Position numbers and translations under genes: made by a program. From Lingula anatina (lineage: Eukaryota > Animalia > Brachiopoda), in NCBI GenBank assembly GCA_051362555.1, contig CM120644.1, forward strand, positions 17,506,534 through 17,570,533: a stretch of DNA of 64,000 nt. Direction: 5' to 3'. Positions within the stretch are counted from its first letter, which is position 1; the number at the start of each line of letters is the position of its first letter. Below are positions 1 through 11,226 of this stretch, piece by piece. The notes below the pieces were generated by a model. The model searched no databases and had not been told where the DNA came from. It saw nothing but the letters and a program-made list of their open reading frames with translations.

Positions 1-811
1 GTCATACACTACATAGGCCCCTACTGCTTTTCTTGAATCTGTCACTGCACTGTAAAAACAATGTTTAACTTTTAATCACATATAACACTCGTTTAGCACC
101 TAAACGCGTTTAGAAATAAGTGTGAAAGCTAAACACGTATAGCTTTTCAAGCTTCTCACAAAAGAAAAAGCTAGCAGTGTTACACGTTTAGCTATGTGTT
201 TAACTTCACCGGTATATGATTCTACATGTATAATAAAGTTATCGCAAGGCTAATCTCATTGGCTAAAGACTTCCCGTGCTATGCGCGTGGAGCTGCTAAA
301 CGCACCGAGCAGCCTCCTCGGATACGTAGTGGACTTCCTTGCAATAACTTGCAATAACAACCATCGATGACTGCCATTGGTGTTTTTCCACCAGTGTGGT
401 TTCCACTTCAAATACTGACGCTGTTAATGACCCTATTCATTTAGACGCGGCACAAGCTTCTTCGTAGGCCTCTTCAGGATGTCTGTCAACTCTGTTTTGA
501 CAAGTTAAGGGGTATAGGTAAAATCTTACCCCAATAAATAAAACCACGCGATTTCAGTGTTCTACCCAGAAACGGACATGGTCCCCGGCCAATTCATGAA
601 ACAGCAAGATGACAATGTTTTGCTGTTAACAGTGGCTTCCCCCATGGGTCATCTGGTATTATAACCTGCTAAAACCAGTCTGGTGTTCACTAAGGGCCTT
701 GAAAAAATGTGGTAATTTGCTCCTCATTCTGACTAGACTGGGTGGATTTGTTTGGCTGCAGCAGCATATCCGGAAGAACAGTGAGTCCTGTACACTGGTC
801 GTAAGATTTCT

Positions 812-997
812 TTACAATGGGTGTGGCCTCTGTGTAGTTACATCAGTCTGGGCATGACTCTTTAAAACTGTGCAGAGGGTTCCGTGTGACACAATAACCT
901 GTCTGGCAATATCTGTCTTTTTCTCGCCATACTGACACAGATTAACAATTTGGTAAAACATTTTACGCACTGCGACCGCCTGCGTGCAAAATTTCAA
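812..997 (-). mobile_element. Probable pogo/Tigger-like transposase N-terminal HTH remnant (duplicated near 27670-27800)
   Basis: GEKKTDIARQVIVSHGTLCTVLK resembles CENP-B/psq-type HTH. Degenerate. Confidence 0.45.
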
Positions 998-1264
998 ATT
1001 CTTCTATGCAGTAGTTGCCGACATATGGATACTTTTTGACAGAACCCTGCTTCGCCAAAGCCAAGCTTTGACCAGCCCAAAGGAGCACTACCCAATGAAA
1101 ACATTGCATATTACACAATGCAGCAGTGCAACAGTTATTGTAGTCAGTAATTTGGTAACGACACCTCTACTCTGACTTCACACTTCTCCACTCACACTTA
1201 ATATGTGATCTGAGTCTTTTGAAAAAAATATTTCATTTCATCGTCAAAACTCAGTTTATTTTTT

Positions 1265-1517
1265 TTTTCTACAACGATATGATTGTTTTTAATTATGTAA
1301 AATAATTGGGAATAGCTTCAATAAAATCCATCCAAAGTGTCAATGGCAACGGAAAGACGGTACACAGTGGGGCTTTGTGGTGTGTTACTTGTTGGAAAAC
1401 ATAATGGAACAGTGCCCGGATGTACCCCTTTGGAACGAGGAAGTATTGGGATATACCTGTAACCCCCTCTATTACACCTGACATAAAAGTGGTGCCCAAA
1501 CATCGGGAAAGGTGAGT
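1265..1517 (+). promoter_or_regulatory. Conserved promoter/non-coding first-exon module of LRR copy 1
   Basis: Repeated upstream of all five copies. CCGGATGT 1416-1423, GAGGAAGT 1437-1444, donor aag|GTGAGT at 1512. Confidence 0.65.
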
Positions 1518-2704
1518 GCTTAGTTAACAATCATTAATTTAAATGACAAGAATATGGCTTCTGTCAAAGACAATTCAGACTGTCTGAATCATTATTTTAT
1601 ACAACAGACTGGTATTTCATTGCCTAAAAAGGTTTTTTTGATTATCTACACAGAGATCGTACCGAACAAGGCCCCTTGCAGGACCATTGTTCTATCAAAG
1701 TGTCATATAATTTCCCCGTTAAATTGAAAATAGAAGTCTAAAATTGTTGAAAACTATCTCTGCAACATTGGTATATAGCCCTGTATACACTGTATATGTA
1801 AATACAGGTACATACTGTACATCATACACGTAATAAAATCATTCGCTGGTGTTATAAAATAAGCTACTTGCGGTGCATTTCAATAGTCGCACATTAAAGC
1901 CAAACAGTGTTTGCGCAACAGTCTACTAAGTAAATGCAGTCTATGTTCCAGGGTAAAAACCTGACGTCTCACATGTCAGATGTATAGAAATAATTCCTTT
2001 ACGTTTAACTCGCCTGTTTTGAAATCACTTTGACCTTAGCTGACATGATTGATTATTTATGTCATTTATATCTTGACAAAAGAGAGGTTGAACAAAGCGG
2101 AGGAAACGGAATGATAGGAGGTGGTGTGGGATGTTTCGGGTGTGCCCAGGTGCACGATTTAGTTATAAAGGGGGTGACAATAAGACTCATTTTGGCTCTC
2201 TTCGATCGCTTCCTCGGCAGATGTGAATTGTTTGACGTGGACAATTTCACTGCAATATGTAAGACATCGAGATGTGAAATTTGTTTGGTCTGCTGTCATT
2301 TTGCTTGTTTTCATAGTGTGCTTTTATTTTTGTGTGTTAGAGAGACAATAGGTATAGCCTACTAGTGCCTATGAAGCAAAGGCATGTGGCTCAGTGTGCC
2401 AAACTCTGGACTGGATCCACTATTGCCCAAAATGCATATAACTTTTCTTTAATGTTATTTCCAAATATGCATTTAATAATGCTTACGTTCTGAACGCCAG
2501 CAGCTTGTTGTGACAACTGCTTTGTGAAATTACCATGATGTATATCCGTTGTAACACCCTGCACTCCCCCATACATGCACTGAACACTGTATAATTGCCA
2601 TTTCAAGCAAATGTTTGAAATAATGGTGTGAGACTAAGTCATGTCTGAGTATCAACAAGGCGTGTAAGATCAATGTTTAAGTAATTGTCTTCACTTCTTT
2701 CCAG

Positions 2705-4558
2705 ATGTATTGCAAATTCTGGTCTCTGGTCATATATCTTATGGCGAATGTCGCTATATCCACAGTACAGGCAAGGTGTCCATTCATCCCTGACTGTCAG
2801 GCATGCTATGTGAGCACATACGGAGAAACAAGGGAGCAGGATTTGTGGACGTTGATGTGCAGACCTTCTAGTTTAATAAGATGTTCAAGTTTGTGTTCTG
2901 GATTAAGGAATTTGAATGCGACAGTAGAGCTTCTGGATCTCAGCCACAGTTTCGCATTATTTCGCGACTGTTTATATCAGCCTACATGCAACACTCAAAG
3001 CAGTGACACGCATTCTGTGTTTGAAATAGACATGTCCTACGCATATGTACATGATCTTTCAAGCCTTCTGAACATCTTGAAAAACAGCGTTCTGACATTA
3101 AAACTGAAGTATGCAACAGTGCATCGGTTTATAGAAACTCTGAGTTTTTCGAGCTATCCAATGTTAAAGACTGTTGACTTGAGTGGTACATATCATACAT
3201 TATATGATGGTGATATATCATTAGATGGAGCCACATACCTGGAAAGGCTGTACTTGGACAACAACTACCTAAGTGAGGTTCCTTATGAGATACGTAATAT
3301 GAGATCGCTGAAACACCTGTCTCTGCAACATAATTTCTTAAATAAAACTTCTCTGAATAAGCCCGACATTTTCCCCCTGGCATTGGAATCACTGGATTTA
3401 AGTCACAATAAATTCCGAGGAAGCGCAGACTTCAGCTGGATGAATTTGGTAAATTTGCGGACCTTACGAATGCAGAACACGTCTATGGGTTATTATAATT
3501 TACCCAAAAGACTTGGGAACATGTCCAATTTGGAAATATTGGATATAAGTTCTAGTGAAATGCCGCGGTATGCCTTGGATCATATTGAACAGTTTCTAGC
3601 ATTGAGAGTTTTTAATTTTTCTTTCAACAAACTTCGAGCTGTGACTCCGGCAATTCAAAGATCAAGCTTACTTCGTCGCTTATATCTGCGATCAAATGAT
3701 ATATGGTATGTGGCTTCTGAAACTTTTAAGAATATCTCAAATTTGACCGTGTTGGATCTTGGAGGCAACAAAATTAGTTCTTTGTCTCCCATTGCCTTCA
3801 CTGGCGTAGAGGAAAGTCTGGAGCAACTGTACCTTGATGGGAACCAATTGAAAGAACTTGGCAAATGTACCATATTACGTCTCAAACGCTTGCATAAACT
3901 GAGGATTGGCAGCAACCCATTTCATTGTGACTGCAAGATAGCTTGGCTTCGTTTATACCGTGATAAAGGAGTAGATAATGATGTCCACAAAGCTTTCTGT
4001 AAGAGCCCATTACGATTTAAAGGGATGGATGTCAGTGGCTTTTCGACAGAAGGTTGTGTCCCCTCACAATTGACTTTGGACATGAAGGACTGCATTAAAT
4101 TCATTTCGCCGACTAGCAATGTCGGAACTGAAACATCCCCCAAGCATACAGATAGCACCACCGGCGCTGATGAACCACAGCAGATGACGTCACCATATGA
4201 CGTCACACGGGTAACTGGTAATGAAGCTCAACCTTTGACATCATTGCATTTTTCAAGGCAGGCCCTTTCCTCAGCATATCTCGCAGTAGGATTTAGCGCC
4301 ACCTGTCTTGCAATTATTGTCGTCTACATTATTGTCACCGGGTGTCGATTTTATAGGCGATGTCGTGGTAAACAAAGCAAAGCCACCGCTGAAAGTGATG
4401 GGACCATGTTTAGGTTACAAGACACCAACATCGCCAAGGCTGGGGAAACAGGACCGTACCAAGAACTGGAGAGCGTCTCTCCTTATCAGAATGTTACTGA
4501 TTTAAACCGACCAGCTGAAAATTCCTACGAAGCTTTGAATATACACACAGCAATTTAA
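2705..4558 (+). CDS. LRR transmembrane receptor copy 1 (617 aa): signal peptide, Cys N-cap, ~14 LRRs, LRRCT, stalk, TM, Tyr-motif tail, no TIR
   Basis: Long ORF with LxxLxLxxNxL repeats, NPFHCDC LRRCT, TM AYLAVGFSATCLAIIVVYIIVTG, tail YQEL..YQNV..YEAL..TAI. ATG directly follows acceptor tttccag. AATAAA at 4955-4960. Confidence 0.93.
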   Translation: MYCKFWSLVIYLMANVAISTVQARCPFIPDCQACYVSTYGETREQDLWTLMCRPSSLIRCSSLCSGLRNLNATVELLDLSHSFALFRDCLYQPTCNTQSSDTHSVFEIDMSYAYVHDLSSLLNILKNSVLTLKLKYATVHRFIETLSFSSYPMLKTVDLSGTYHTLYDGDISLDGATYLERLYLDNNYLSEVPYEIRNMRSLKHLSLQHNFLNKTSLNKPDIFPLALESLDLSHNKFRGSADFSWMNLVNLRTLRMQNTSMGYYNLPKRLGNMSNLEILDISSSEMPRYALDHIEQFLALRVFNFSFNKLRAVTPAIQRSSLLRRLYLRSNDIWYVASETFKNISNLTVLDLGGNKISSLSPIAFTGVEESLEQLYLDGNQLKELGKCTILRLKRLHKLRIGSNPFHCDCKIAWLRLYRDKGVDNDVHKAFCKSPLRFKGMDVSGFSTEGCVPSQLTLDMKDCIKFISPTSNVGTETSPKHTDSTTGADEPQQMTSPYDVTRVTGNEAQPLTSLHFSRQALSSAYLAVGFSATCLAIIVVYIIVTGCRFYRRCRGKQSKATAESDGTMFRLQDTNIAKAGETGPYQELESVSPYQNVTDLNRPAENSYEALNIHTAI

Positions 4559-5357
4559 AGGTGATCTGGAAATGCCGACCTGTCTCTCGCACCAGAAAAT
4601 GATTTAAATGAGAAAAAAAAAATCAACTTTGTTAAAATCTGAAACACCGATAATGATTGAAGTAAACTTAGTATTCAGCCCTACACAAAATTTCAGCTTT
4701 TTCTGTCAAAGCAAATATGGAAACTGGAAATACACAAGGGTCAACATATTGTTAGACATTTGTGTACTGCACGTTGAGACACTCACTGCATCATTTGTCT
4801 TAACGTAAAATGCAGATATGTTGCTTTATTTCCTTTGCTTACATGTAATACCATGGACGTCTACAATGTACAGTAAGTGTTTGCTCTTACTGACTGCTAT
4901 AAATCACTATACATGTACAATGTGTCACCATAGATACTTATCATATTTCTAAGCAATAAATTTATATTTTATTGCACGTCAGTATATAATGTGTATATAT
5001 ACATTTAATGCATAGCTGATTTTCGGTTATACTAGTTTATGATAAGCATATTACTGATAAAAATCTGTCTCAAATCGACTGGTGTGACTTTTTTTATTAG
5101 CAATATATGTATAATAGTCCTTCAGTTAGACCTCCAAATTTTGGTCCGTCGGTACGAATTTTACAGCATTTTATAGCTTTGGCGACTATTTCTGGCAGTA
5201 GTTTTGCAGGTCAATTCCATGTGGTTGAGGGGGGGGGGGGGGGGGGGGCAGGGCTGAAAACAACAGCGTCGAGGAGTGGCAAAATTCCCAGCATTGTACG
5301 GGGAGTAACTAATTTAATTACGTTTGTACTCTCTGAAGTCAAGGCCCCACTAAAATA

Positions 5358-7025
5358 CAGCATTGGTCAAAAAGGTTGTCCCACCCCCATTTCCATGTAC
5401 TTTTATTTACAAATGATCACCTCACAGCTGTGAACTGTAAGAAATAGTGCTTTTTATCACGGATACCGTGTCTAACATGATTAATGGTTAAAAAAATACA
5501 AAATAGTGGTGAAAATATACATATTTTATACCATTTAGTAAATTTTATAAGAGGTACCCCCTCAAATCGACTGTTTCACTGTTACTTCTACAGATGTAAA
5601 GAAATGTCTATAAAATTGAAAAGGTGCCATCAAATGTCACCAAATTCACACACAATTAGCATTAGGGTGTGCTCGTTAAAGATAACTTGCCTAACAGCGT
5701 GTGCGTCTACCGCGTACTGCAATTATCTCCTGTAGACGGCGCGACAAGCCTTCAACATGGGTAACAATTCTGTTATGTGGGATATTGTCCCATTCATCCT
5801 AAAGAGCGTGGCGGAATTGGTCAAGATTATTTAGGAATTGGTTCTCCTCTGCAATGCACATTCCAATTTATGCCACAGCTGCTCAGTAGGATTAATATCA
5901 GGACTCAAAGACGGTTGTCCCATCTTCAGAGCCCTGTGTTTCTGCAACAAATCGTTTGCCAGACGAGAGCTGTGAGCAAGTGCGTCGTCACAATGAAGCC
6001 AGTAGTATCCCTGAAGTCACCTCTTGCAAATGGAGTGAGATTTCTGTTGAAAATGTTACATCAAAATGCCCCTGTTACGTTTTGTTCCAAAGGGAACAAT
6101 GTACTAATACCATGGGCTTGGAATGTTCTCCAAATGCGGACTGATCTAACACCTCAGTCGATATTATCCTGCACACACCCTTCCAAGAGGCATTTTTTAA
6201 CATGTCTATGGACCCTCTTTGACCATCGATGGGATACAAGAAATAATTTGATTCTGCATCAAAATCAACTTCCTTACAGTGATGGATGGCCAGGTTCAGG
6301 TGCCTGTGGGATCACTGAACGTAGCATTCTCAGCTGATATCTCATTCCATCTTCAAGAACTGACTTTGGGGTTAACTTCAGGCTTTATCATGACTGCACA
6401 CTTGCTCACACCGCTCAAAAACTGGCAACTGTTTGTTGAAGAAACATAATGGTCTAAGGATGGAACCACCATCTTTGAGCACTGATATCAAACTTACTAA
6501 TCAACTGTGACATGTATTGGAGTGTGCAATGCAAAGGAGAACCAACCCCATAAAAACGTGGACCAACTCCCCCAACTTGTTTAAGAAGAATGGGACAATA
6601 TCCCACAAAACAGAATTGTAACCCGTGTTGAAGGCTTGTCGCGCCGTCTACAGGAAATAATTGCAGTACGCGGTAGACGCACACGCTGTTAGGCACGTGA
6701 TCTTTAATGAGCACACCCTAATGCTAATTGTGTGTGAATTTGGTGACATTTGATGGCGTCTTTTTAATTTTATAGTCATTTCTTTACATCTGTAGAAGTC
6801 ACAGAGAAACAGTCGATTTGAGGGGGTACCTCTTATAAATTTTACTAAATGGTATAAAATATGTATATTTTCACCACTATTTTGTATTTTTTAAACCATT
6901 AATCATGTTAGACACGGTATACGTAATAGAAAACACTATTTCTAACAATTAACAGCGGTTAGGTGATCATTTGTAAATAAAAGTACATGGAAATGGGGGT
7001 GGGACAACCTTTTTGACCAATGCTG
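5358..7025. mobile_element. Tc1/mariner-derived foldback element with very long inverted arms
   Basis: TA|cagcattggtcaaaaaggttgtcccacccccatttcc...ggaaatgggggtgggacaacctttttgaccaatgctg|TA. Inverted homology extends ~650 bp into degenerate DDE-region sequence (SPDINPTEQLW-like). Confidence 0.9.
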
Positions 7026-7429
7026 TATAATAAAAAATCTCACACTCGCTTTCAAACGGCATCATACTGACGAGTATAATTTAACTGTAATAAATAGAGC
7101 TCAGGATGGAGAATTTACTAGCGGACCCTGTTGTCAGAGTCAAGCACTAGTTTGATTAAAAATATAATTCACTGATATTCGTTTGGGGTGTGTTTGGAAA
7201 ATTAATCCTATCAATGTAGACCAATTTATAAGAAATAATCCAGGATTTTTTATTTCCATCCTCTTATTCAGATAACATTTTGAGTCATTTTACCTGAAAA
7301 ATGCTTCAATTTTGAGCTCAGGTGAACTTTGACCTGTTTTAATTGCTATATTACACAATAACAAACAAATTACCCATTGAAGCAATCCTACAGCTAAACA
7401 ATTATTTCATTGTCAAAGCTCAGGTCAAA

Positions 7430-7701
7430 TTTTTTTCTACAACGCAATGACCGATTTCTATTATGTGGAGGAATGTGTTTTTCTATTGCGGAAAAATATG
7501 GAATGGCTATAGTAAACAAACATGACAGAGGCTATATATATGAAATGGCGGTATACAGTGAGAGTTGGTGCATGTTAGTTGTTGGAAAACACAATGGAGC
7601 AGAGCCCGGATGTTCCCTTTTGATACGAGGTGGTATTGTCATATAACCCCCTCCACTAATACAGACAGAAAAGCGGTGTCCAGACATCGGCAAAGGTGAG
7701 T
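7430..7701 (+). promoter_or_regulatory. Conserved promoter/first-exon module of LRR copy 2
   Basis: Homologous module. CCGGATGT 7606-7613, donor aag|GTGAGT at 7696. Confidence 0.65.
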
Positions 7702-9381
7702 GCTAGGTTGACAGCCCTTCATTTTAAATGGTAAGCATATAGCTCCTGCCAAAGGTAATTAAGACAGAGTAATATTCAGTATTTCATTTAACAGACTGGT
7801 ATCTCATTACGTATAAAAGGGTTTCCAGATGCTCTCCAGAGGGATCTGACCGAACAACGCCCCGTTTATTGCAGGACCATGGTGTCATTTCGTTAAAGGC
7901 TATAAATCAGTGTGATAATCCCATTATTTGTCTTTAAACGATAACTGTGGTGAAATCTTTTTAATTTTGTTAGAATTATGTGATAGGTTGACAAACTGCG
8001 ATGCTACGTGTACGTAATAAAAGTGTTGGGTGCAGTGTTATGATATCAGTTACTTGCGGTGTCTTGCGCATTTTAAAAGCAAAATAGTACCAGTGTTTGT
8101 ACATCAATCTACAAAGTACAAAGCCTCTACGGTTCTAGGGCATATTCTATGTGTGCAGCATAATAGACTGACGTTGTCTCACCTGTCAGATCTATTTAAA
8201 CACCCTCTTAAGTTTGACTCGCGTGTTGATAATTATGAAATTTAAAACTGTTCAATTTATACATTAGCTGAAATCGTACCTGAGAGCTTTCGTCCAAACA
8301 CTTAATTACCAGTAGGACTTTATCACTGAAGTTACATGAACAGTTTAGTTAGAACCGTTCACTACAGCACTGTTCCAGATGTGAGACAGGTTTTCTCCCC
8401 CCTCCCCCGTCACTGTTTAGTGAAAGTCTCTGGGCCTGAATGTAAATCCCTTTACCCTCGATTGAACCACAAGGGATCACGGCCCAAGACCTACACATTC
8501 TATTAACTGCATGATGGTGTGATCAGGTCATCGACATTGATGTGTCGTGAAACTTCAGATGTGCTGGAACAATTAGGTCTCCGGTGCTCATTACATACCT
8601 CTCTGCCTCAACAATGTGTATTTGGTTTCACCCACTGCACTCATATCCTTTGCATAAAATTTTGTACATGAGCCCACTGATGTTCTTTTTGTCAGTTTTA
8701 TCCATACAGTGGCATAGCATTTTCTTTAGCGTCTGATGTGGTTTAAAGCTGACGTTAAACTCAGTGTTTTTTATTTTTGAAAGTCCGTCTCAGATATTCA
8801 GACATACCCTTTACGTAAGGAGTAACTATCAAGCCCCTACAATGTTGCTTTGACCTTTGGATTTGTGAGAGGTCTTATTCCGGAGACATTGTTTATTGAC
8901 ACCAGGAAAGAGCTATGTGGAATGCATTTGTGCAAGATGAACTCATCTTTGCAAAAGTTCATTCGGTGTTTTACATGTAACTCTCTATATAAATCTACTG
9001 GCATGCATTATTTGTTACGAGAAGCTTGACAGCACATTAACTTGGGACTTCATGGTGTTCTTTTAATTAACAATTGGAGGTTCAATTACTATCTCAACTG
9101 GGGCTGGAGGTGCAATTGTATCACTTCTACCGGATGCATTCAAAGTCATAATTTAAATCTGCGGCCCTCAAATAGGGTGCGGTTATCAATAAACTCAACG
9201 AACTTCCGAATTGGGAGTTCAGCACCCTTGAAACAACGTATGTAGTTCTGTTATTTCAGGAGAGTCCATGATTTGTACTTGCCCATTTGAACTTAGTATA
9301 CTCCTATTGGCGGCCTAAAATACATGTAATGCAAACTGGTATTTTAATAAAATCAATAATCACACTTCTTTGTCTTTCCAG

Positions 9382-11226
9382 ATGTATCTTAAATTCTGGT
9401 CTCTGGTCATATATCTTACGGCGACTGATGTTGTATTCTCAGTACAGGCAAGGTGTCCATTCATCTCTGACTGTAAGGCGTGCTATGTGAGCACATACAG
9501 AGAAACAAGGGAGCAGGATTTGTGGACAATAATGTGCAGATATACTCATACTGTAAGATGTCCTCAGTGGTGTTCTGGATTAAGGTCTTTGAATGCGACA
9601 GTGGAACTTCTGGATCTCAGTCACACCTGGGTAACAAACATGTGTTCACATCACCCAGCTTGCAACTTTCAAAGCAGTGACGCACCTACCGTGTTTGAAA
9701 TAGACATGTCCTATAGAGTCGTGGAAGATCTTTCAGGCCTTCCAAACATCTTGAAGAACAGCGTTCTGACATTAAAACTTCAGTATGCATTAGTGGATCC
9801 GTTTTTAGGTGGTTGGAGTTTTTCGAACTATCCGGTGTTAAGGAATCTTGACTTAAGTGGCACATATCCTGGATTACAAAATGGTAACATATCACTAGAT
9901 GGAGCCACTTCCCTTGAGACGCTGTTCTTGGACAACAATCGCTTGAGTGAGGTTCCCAGTGCGATACGTAATATAACATCCCTGAAACACCTGTCTCTGA
10001 AACATAATTTCTTAAATAAAACTTCTCTGAATAAACCCGACATTTTCCCACTGACATTAAAGTCACTGGATTTAAGTCACAATAACTTCCGGAGTGGTGC
10101 TGAATTTAGCTGGATGAATTCGTTAAATTTGCGCATTTTGAAAATGCACAACACGTCCATCCGTTACTCAAATTTACCTGCAACTCTGGCGGCCATGTCC
10201 AATCTGGAAATATTAGATGTGAGTGCCAGTGAATTAGACACGAACGCATTGAATCACATCGAATTGTTTCCAGGATTGGAGGTTTTTAATTTTTCCTTTA
10301 ACAAACTTCGAGATGTGACTCCAGCAATTAAAAAATCACGCTTACTTCGACGCCTATACCTGCGATCAAACAATATAGAGTATGTAGCGCCTGAAACTTT
10401 TAAGAATATCTCAAATTTGTCTGTGTTGGATCTTGGTGGGAACAAACTTAGTTCCTTGTCTCCCATTGCCTTCTCTGGCATAGAGGGCAGTCTCGAACAA
10501 TTGTACTTGGATGGGAACCAATTGAATACACTGAACAAATGTACCATATTACGTCTCACTCGCTTGCGTAGACTGAGTATCGGCGGCAACCCATTCCATT
10601 GTGACTGCAAGCTAGCTTGGCTTCGTTCTTATCGTGAAAAAGGAGTAGATAATGATGTAAACAGGGCTTTCTGCCACAGTCCATTGGAATTCAAGGGGCT
10701 GGATGTCAGTGGCTTTTCGATAGTAGGTTGTGCCCCCTCACAATTTACTTTTGTGGACTGTTTCAGACTCATTTCGCCGACTTTGCCTGCTGCGACTAAA
10801 ACATCACCCACGGATACTGATAGAGTCTCTGGTGTTGATGAACCAGAACAGATGACGTCACCACATGACATCACACACGTGCATGGAGCTGAATCCCAAC
10901 CTTTGACGTCATTGCATGTTTCGGGTCAGGCCCTCGCCTCAGCATATCTTGCAGTGGGATTCAGCGCCACCTGTCTTGCAATTATTGTCGTCTACATTAC
11001 TGTCACCGGGTATCGATTTTATAGACGTTTTCGCGTTGAACAAAGCAAAAAGACCTCTAAAAGTAAGAGGACCGTGTCTGGGCTACAAGGTACCAACTGT
11101 ACAGAGGCCGGGGAAACAGGACCATACCAGGAACTGGAGAGCGTCTTTCCTTACCAGAATGTTGCTGGTTTAAACCGACAAGCTGAAAATTCCTACGAAG
11201 CTTTGAATCCGTACACAGCAATTTAA
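9382..11226 (+). CDS. LRR transmembrane receptor copy 2
   Basis: Paralog of copy 1. Likely start is ATG 9382 after acceptor tctttccag (the ORF-track start at 9370 is intronic). Same domain order and tail motifs. Confidence 0.93.
   Translation: MYLKFWSLVIYLTATDVVFSVQARCPFISDCKACYVSTYRETREQDLWTIMCRYTHTVRCPQWCSGLRSLNATVELLDLSHTWVTNMCSHHPACNFQSSDAPTVFEIDMSYRVVEDLSGLPNILKNSVLTLKLQYALVDPFLGGWSFSNYPVLRNLDLSGTYPGLQNGNISLDGATSLETLFLDNNRLSEVPSAIRNITSLKHLSLKHNFLNKTSLNKPDIFPLTLKSLDLSHNNFRSGAEFSWMNSLNLRILKMHNTSIRYSNLPATLAAMSNLEILDVSASELDTNALNHIELFPGLEVFNFSFNKLRDVTPAIKKSRLLRRLYLRSNNIEYVAPETFKNISNLSVLDLGGNKLSSLSPIAFSGIEGSLEQLYLDGNQLNTLNKCTILRLTRLRRLSIGGNPFHCDCKLAWLRSYREKGVDNDVNRAFCHSPLEFKGLDVSGFSIVGCAPSQFTFVDCFRLISPTLPAATKTSPTDTDRVSGVDEPEQMTSPHDITHVHGAESQPLTSLHVSGQALASAYLAVGFSATCLAIIVVYITVTGYRFYRRFRVEQSKKTSKSKRTVSGLQGTNCTEAGETGPYQELESVFPYQNVAGLNRQAENSYEALNPYTAI

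Larger units (their letters stand above)
1..2704 (+). repeat. Segmental duplication: upstream region of copy 1, paralogous to ~26853-29721
   Basis: Colinear high similarity throughout, e.g. gtcataca..gccctact..aatctgtca at 1 and 26853, ggtggatttgtttgg..gcagcagcatatccggaagaaca at ~740 and ~27608. Confidence 0.9.

Noticed and set aside
3129-4505. Recurrent antisense and alternate-frame ORFs inside the LRR genes
   Set aside because: Shadows of the duplicated coding strand. Lengths and stops vary between copies.
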